64,000 nt of DNA from Chrysomallon squamiferum. Its lineage: Eukaryota; Animalia; Mollusca. This document shows positions 60,067-64,000 of this stretch, piece by piece (position 1 is the stretch's first letter; every line of letters starts with the position of its first letter). Made by a program: the position numbers and the translations under genes. The notes under the pieces are model-generated. The model searched no databases, was not told the DNA's origin, and was given only the letters and a program-made list of their open reading frames with translations. The stretch lies in contig CM022672.1 in the NCBI GenBank assembly GCA_012295275.1, positions 19,902,001 through 19,966,000 of the forward strand, in the 5' to 3' direction.

Positions 60067-62488
60067 TTATCTTCTGTTAGGAAGTCTGTATGGTTGACTG
60101 TAATGTCTTTTGTTACTCTGACCATGTCTACAGGATACTTGATTCTTCCTCAGATTGTCACTTTTTGTTTTTCTGGCAAGTTCTGGATTTGCTATGCTGA
60201 GTTTACTACTTCCGGGAGGTGCAACTGGTTTGGTTGAAATTTCAAATTCATCTTTCCTGTTTTCCATCATTTTCAGTCTTGCTTCAATTATTTTGATCTT
60301 GGCTTCACTACTGCAAAAAAAAAGATAAATATATATTAAGAATTACCCATATTTCACAGTTCATCTGAAAGAAAAAAAAGTATATAAGTATATTATTTGA
60401 TTTGAATAAAGTTACAATCTAGTCTCAAGGAACTCACCTTAGGTTACTACAGGGCTCATTTACTGTTGCTGTTGACACTGTTTTGCCAAAACTAACTTCC
60501 TGCAAAAAATAAATATTCTCAGTTATACTTTCACAGTTAATTCTATTATATTATTTACAGCTGGCTGTAGGTGGGGGTTATGCTTTATTTTATTTTAAAT
60601 TTGTTTATGTTTTTTTGGGGGGGAGGTGTTTTTGATTAGATTTCTTCCCCACTGAATAAATAAATAATTTCACACCTCATATTAGATAAATAATTATTAG
60701 GTAATTGCTATTTATAGTGATGAAGTGAGTCAGGAAAATGCTTTGTACTCAGAAAAACATGAACAGGCACACCATACAAGATTGATCCTGTAATATGCTA
60801 CACCTACATACACATAAAAAACTTGTTGAGCACAGCATAACAACCACTCCACAAGTACCTAAAGTGTCTTTAGACACCATTTTTCCATTTGCTCATCTTC
60901 CGACATAAAGATTTGAGAGAATCTCTCCTTTGAGAACTGCAGTTTTAATAAAAAGCATAACAATTTTAAGCAAGATCACTACTACAGATCATAATTTTAC
61001 AATACAGACAATTTTTTCTAAAATTTTACTCTATATTTGTACTGAAAGGAGAAAAAGTGAACCTGTTTCTGAACACGAGCCCAACGTACAGCAAGTTTTT
61101 GGGATAAAGCAACTTTACCATCAAGACCTTTCATTGCTCGTTCAGCATCCTAAATGAATAAAATCAGTTAGTTTACTGCGACACAGCCAAAACAGATAAT
61201 TTAGTGATGAAGGCCAATAATTAAAGGTCACCCTGCATCTGGTACAAAAAAATATTTCATTTAAAGAGTTATAACAGATCATTTTAAAAACCTATTTATT
61301 CATAATATATATATGATTTGTATAGCCTTCAGGTGGATGGTCTGTTTTTTGTTTTAAAAAGTGTACATTGACTAACAATTCAGCATACTAAATCAAACAA
61401 CACAGTTTTCAGACAACTCTATATCCAATATTCACTGTCTTGATTTAGACAGGATTGATACTAAAACCTACAATCTGAAGCCATTTTATATTAATTATAG
61501 CCTGTTCCTAATTTCTTTCAAAAGAAACAAAACTTTAAATGATAAAAAACATTATTTCCATAATCATGGATTGGTTATTAATCTTTGTGGAGAAATTTTT
61601 CATGTTTAATTAAGCAAATACAAGCATTTCTGGTTTTACCTGTTTGTTTTTGTAACTGACAAAGCAATAGCCTCTGGGTTTACCAACATCAGGTCCATCT
61701 TTGTGGTAAAGAAAATCAAACTTCTTTAGGTCACCAAATTTCTGAACCAATTTTAAAAGAGAAAATCTGAGAGAGAGAGAGAAAAAAAAAATGTTTTTGA
61801 AAAAACAAAGCATTAAAAACAATAAAATGAAATTTAACAAAACATTTTTAAAATGGGGGGGGAATTTACCCAAAATGCTAACACAAAAATCCAACTATAT
61901 ATAAATATATATATATATATATATTACCAACTAATTTCCTTGTTAAACTATTAATAGATTAGTATTATGCATATCATAAACCAGAAAACAGTCAAAGCAC
62001 CTGACTGTTGATTCCAAATTAAAAATGATAACAAAACAAATATATGTTTAAAAAAAAATCTTTCACAATTTTCAAACACCAATTTTATTCTCCCAAATGA
62101 ATAAATGTGGAGAAAAGAAGGAAATGTGTATGTGTGTGTATGTATGTATGTATGTATGCGTGTATGTGTATAAAGTGTGTATCTGTGTATGTAAATATAT
62201 TTACATACAAAAGTTATTCCCATGTTATTTAATAAATTAACTTTAGATGATTCAGTGGAACTACTGTTAAAAACCTATCTACCAGAACATTAATAATAAA
62301 CTAAAAAAAAGAAAGAATTTTATGTAAGTTTCGTACAACAAAGCTTTAAACGCATGTGACATTGTGATCTATGTGAATGACATACTCTGTTATCCTTGTG
62401 TCCAGGTTACCAATCCACAGTCGATAGTCATTCTCATCATTTGTGTCTGGAGTGGGAGGTACTGGAATGGAGCGACCTGGCTCCAGCA
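60067..62488 (-). CDS. RBM18: RNA-binding motif protein 18 (RRM), 5'-partial
   Basis: Exons 62488-62386, 61766-61640, 61149-61063, 60499-60438, 60310-60067. Translation includes [64 protein letters not shown] and [15 protein letters not shown]. The start codon needs a further upstream phase-1 exon that was not identified. Confidence 0.9.
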
Positions 62489-63424
62489 CTGTAAACACAA
62501 AAGTTTTTTTTTTTTTTTAAAGTATGCAATAAAAGCACAGATTTGTTTTATTAAACTGTTGGTAGACTGCATAAACAATTTGATGTAAACCACACGTCAT
62601 TAAACTACATAAGACTTTCACTTCTGTTTGTCCAGCCTGATCATTTGGATGTGACAAGTGTAAGAATGACATCAGACCAAGCAGTAAAATATGGAATTCT
62701 TATCAAACCATAAAACCGCACATTCTAAATGAAAAACAAGGAGCGGCTGTGTTGCCATGCACACTCAGAAAATATCTGAAACTATGTCAGGTCATGACAG
62801 TGAAGGATAAAACATTCAAGAGGAATCATACCAAAATAAATAACAAAAATAATAATGAAAAAGAGAATCTAAAATCACAAACTGTTTCACAAAACAAAAA
62901 AATAATGCATTTATTACTTCATTTTCTTCTCCTCCTGAAATGCATAAAGCCATTTCTATTCTGTTCATAAATATATAGTAATCTAATAAATACACTAATG
63001 GCAAGAAAAAATAACCAGAATTATAATAAAAGAAAAAACCCAGTTAAAACTGTAATTCACATTATATATCAATCAGCAACTGCCAGTGATGATAAAATGT
63101 TTTATAAAGACAGAATAAGGATGAAATGATTATTTTTGGTTTTCATTTTAACAATGAAAATAAAATAACTGGTCAAAAGAAAAAAAACTTAATGAATTCT
63201 AATAAGACATTTTAAAAGATTACTAATGTGAAATCTCCATTATGCATTTTTAACAATATAAAAGATAACCTAAACCATATTCATTAATGACTCTCAACAT
63301 GGGTCATGGGTCACTGACAAATTAAATGAAAGAATTTAAAAAAAATTATGTCTGAATCTATGAATTATGATGCCAGTCCTTTTTTTCTTTCAAAACCAAA
63401 TTTCCTCAAGAATAAATTTTAATA

Positions 63425-63600
63425 TATTAAAATTCAGTATAAAACAGATTCTTTTAAAATTCTTAAAACAAGTTCTCTATGAAATGAAATTTTTCCATCA
63501 CATTTTTTCTTTCAAATATTTCTTGCAGTGTTCACACTAAGGTGCATCATCCTTCTTCAGGATAAATGGCTGGGTCAAGTACGTATGACCGATGCCATGA
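63425..63600 (-). mobile_element. 3'-terminal remnant of an RNase-H-bearing (I-group-like) LINE ORF2
   Basis: The minus strand reads GIGHTYLTQPFILKKDDAP*CEHC, resembling the RIGHTxLTH...CxxC C-terminal motif, followed by a frameshifted tail EIFERKNVMEKFHF. Confidence 0.6.
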
Positions 63601-64000
63601 GGTGCTAGAAGAGAGAAGGAAATCAGTACAAACTGTGCTCAGTGACATGCATCAGGAAACTTCGTACTTAACTGATTAGACAGTTCAAGTGGTAAGCAGA
63701 GGACTATATTTGGCAATGCAAATACCACAAGAGAGATTGTTGCTACTTGGAATAGTTTCATATTTATAAATCTCAAATTAGTTAAACCTTGTATATCAAA
63801 TGGTGAATAAATGAAAAATAAAAGTTTTTTTTAATACAGAAATTTTATTTGTTCTTTCTTTAAGCTGCTTATTCAAAGGAAGCTTAAATCTTTAATTATG
63901 ATCTCCATTGTTAATCTGTTTATATCATTTTTATACTTAAATGTAGATGTAATAATTAAATGCAGGCATTCTCAAATTAATATCAATATGCTGAAAAATC

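Noticed and set aside
63529-63691. Plus-strand exon-like segment (ttgcag| ... |gtaagc) containing a 37-aa ORF
   Set aside because: All three frames contain stops, and the opposite strand is better explained as a LINE remnant.

Overview
AT-rich, intron-dense animal genomic DNA (invertebrate, possibly molluscan; the taxon is inferred, not established). Six protein-coding genes were reconstructed by hand from GT-AG sites and reading-frame continuity: an FABP/iLBP-family gene (-, first two exons only), TMEM203 (-), NDOR1 (+), DHX16/Prp2 (-), Roquin/RC3H (+) and RBM18 (-, 5' end not found). TMEM203/NDOR1 and DHX16/Roquin are head-to-head pairs. A decayed Sola-type DNA transposon sits in a Roquin intron and a LINE 3' remnant in an RBM18 intron. 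The main finding is in the 7.3-kb Roquin intron 39763-47020. It holds an in-frame alternative terminal/poison exon (41977-42165) and, downstream, a CpG-rich candidate alternative first exon (46411-46461, strong Kozak context, phase-0 donor). Together these could express Roquin as a separate RNA-binding N-half and a separate effector C-half. Other points: CDE-like triloop hairpins in the Roquin 3'UTR, a start-stop uORF before the Roquin AUG, an apparent +1 frameshift in the last NDOR1 exon that an upstream acceptor would rescue, a tandem array of copied splice acceptors in DHX16, and a gene set whose human orthologues all lie in the MHC paralogon. None of the gene models is confirmed by transcript data.
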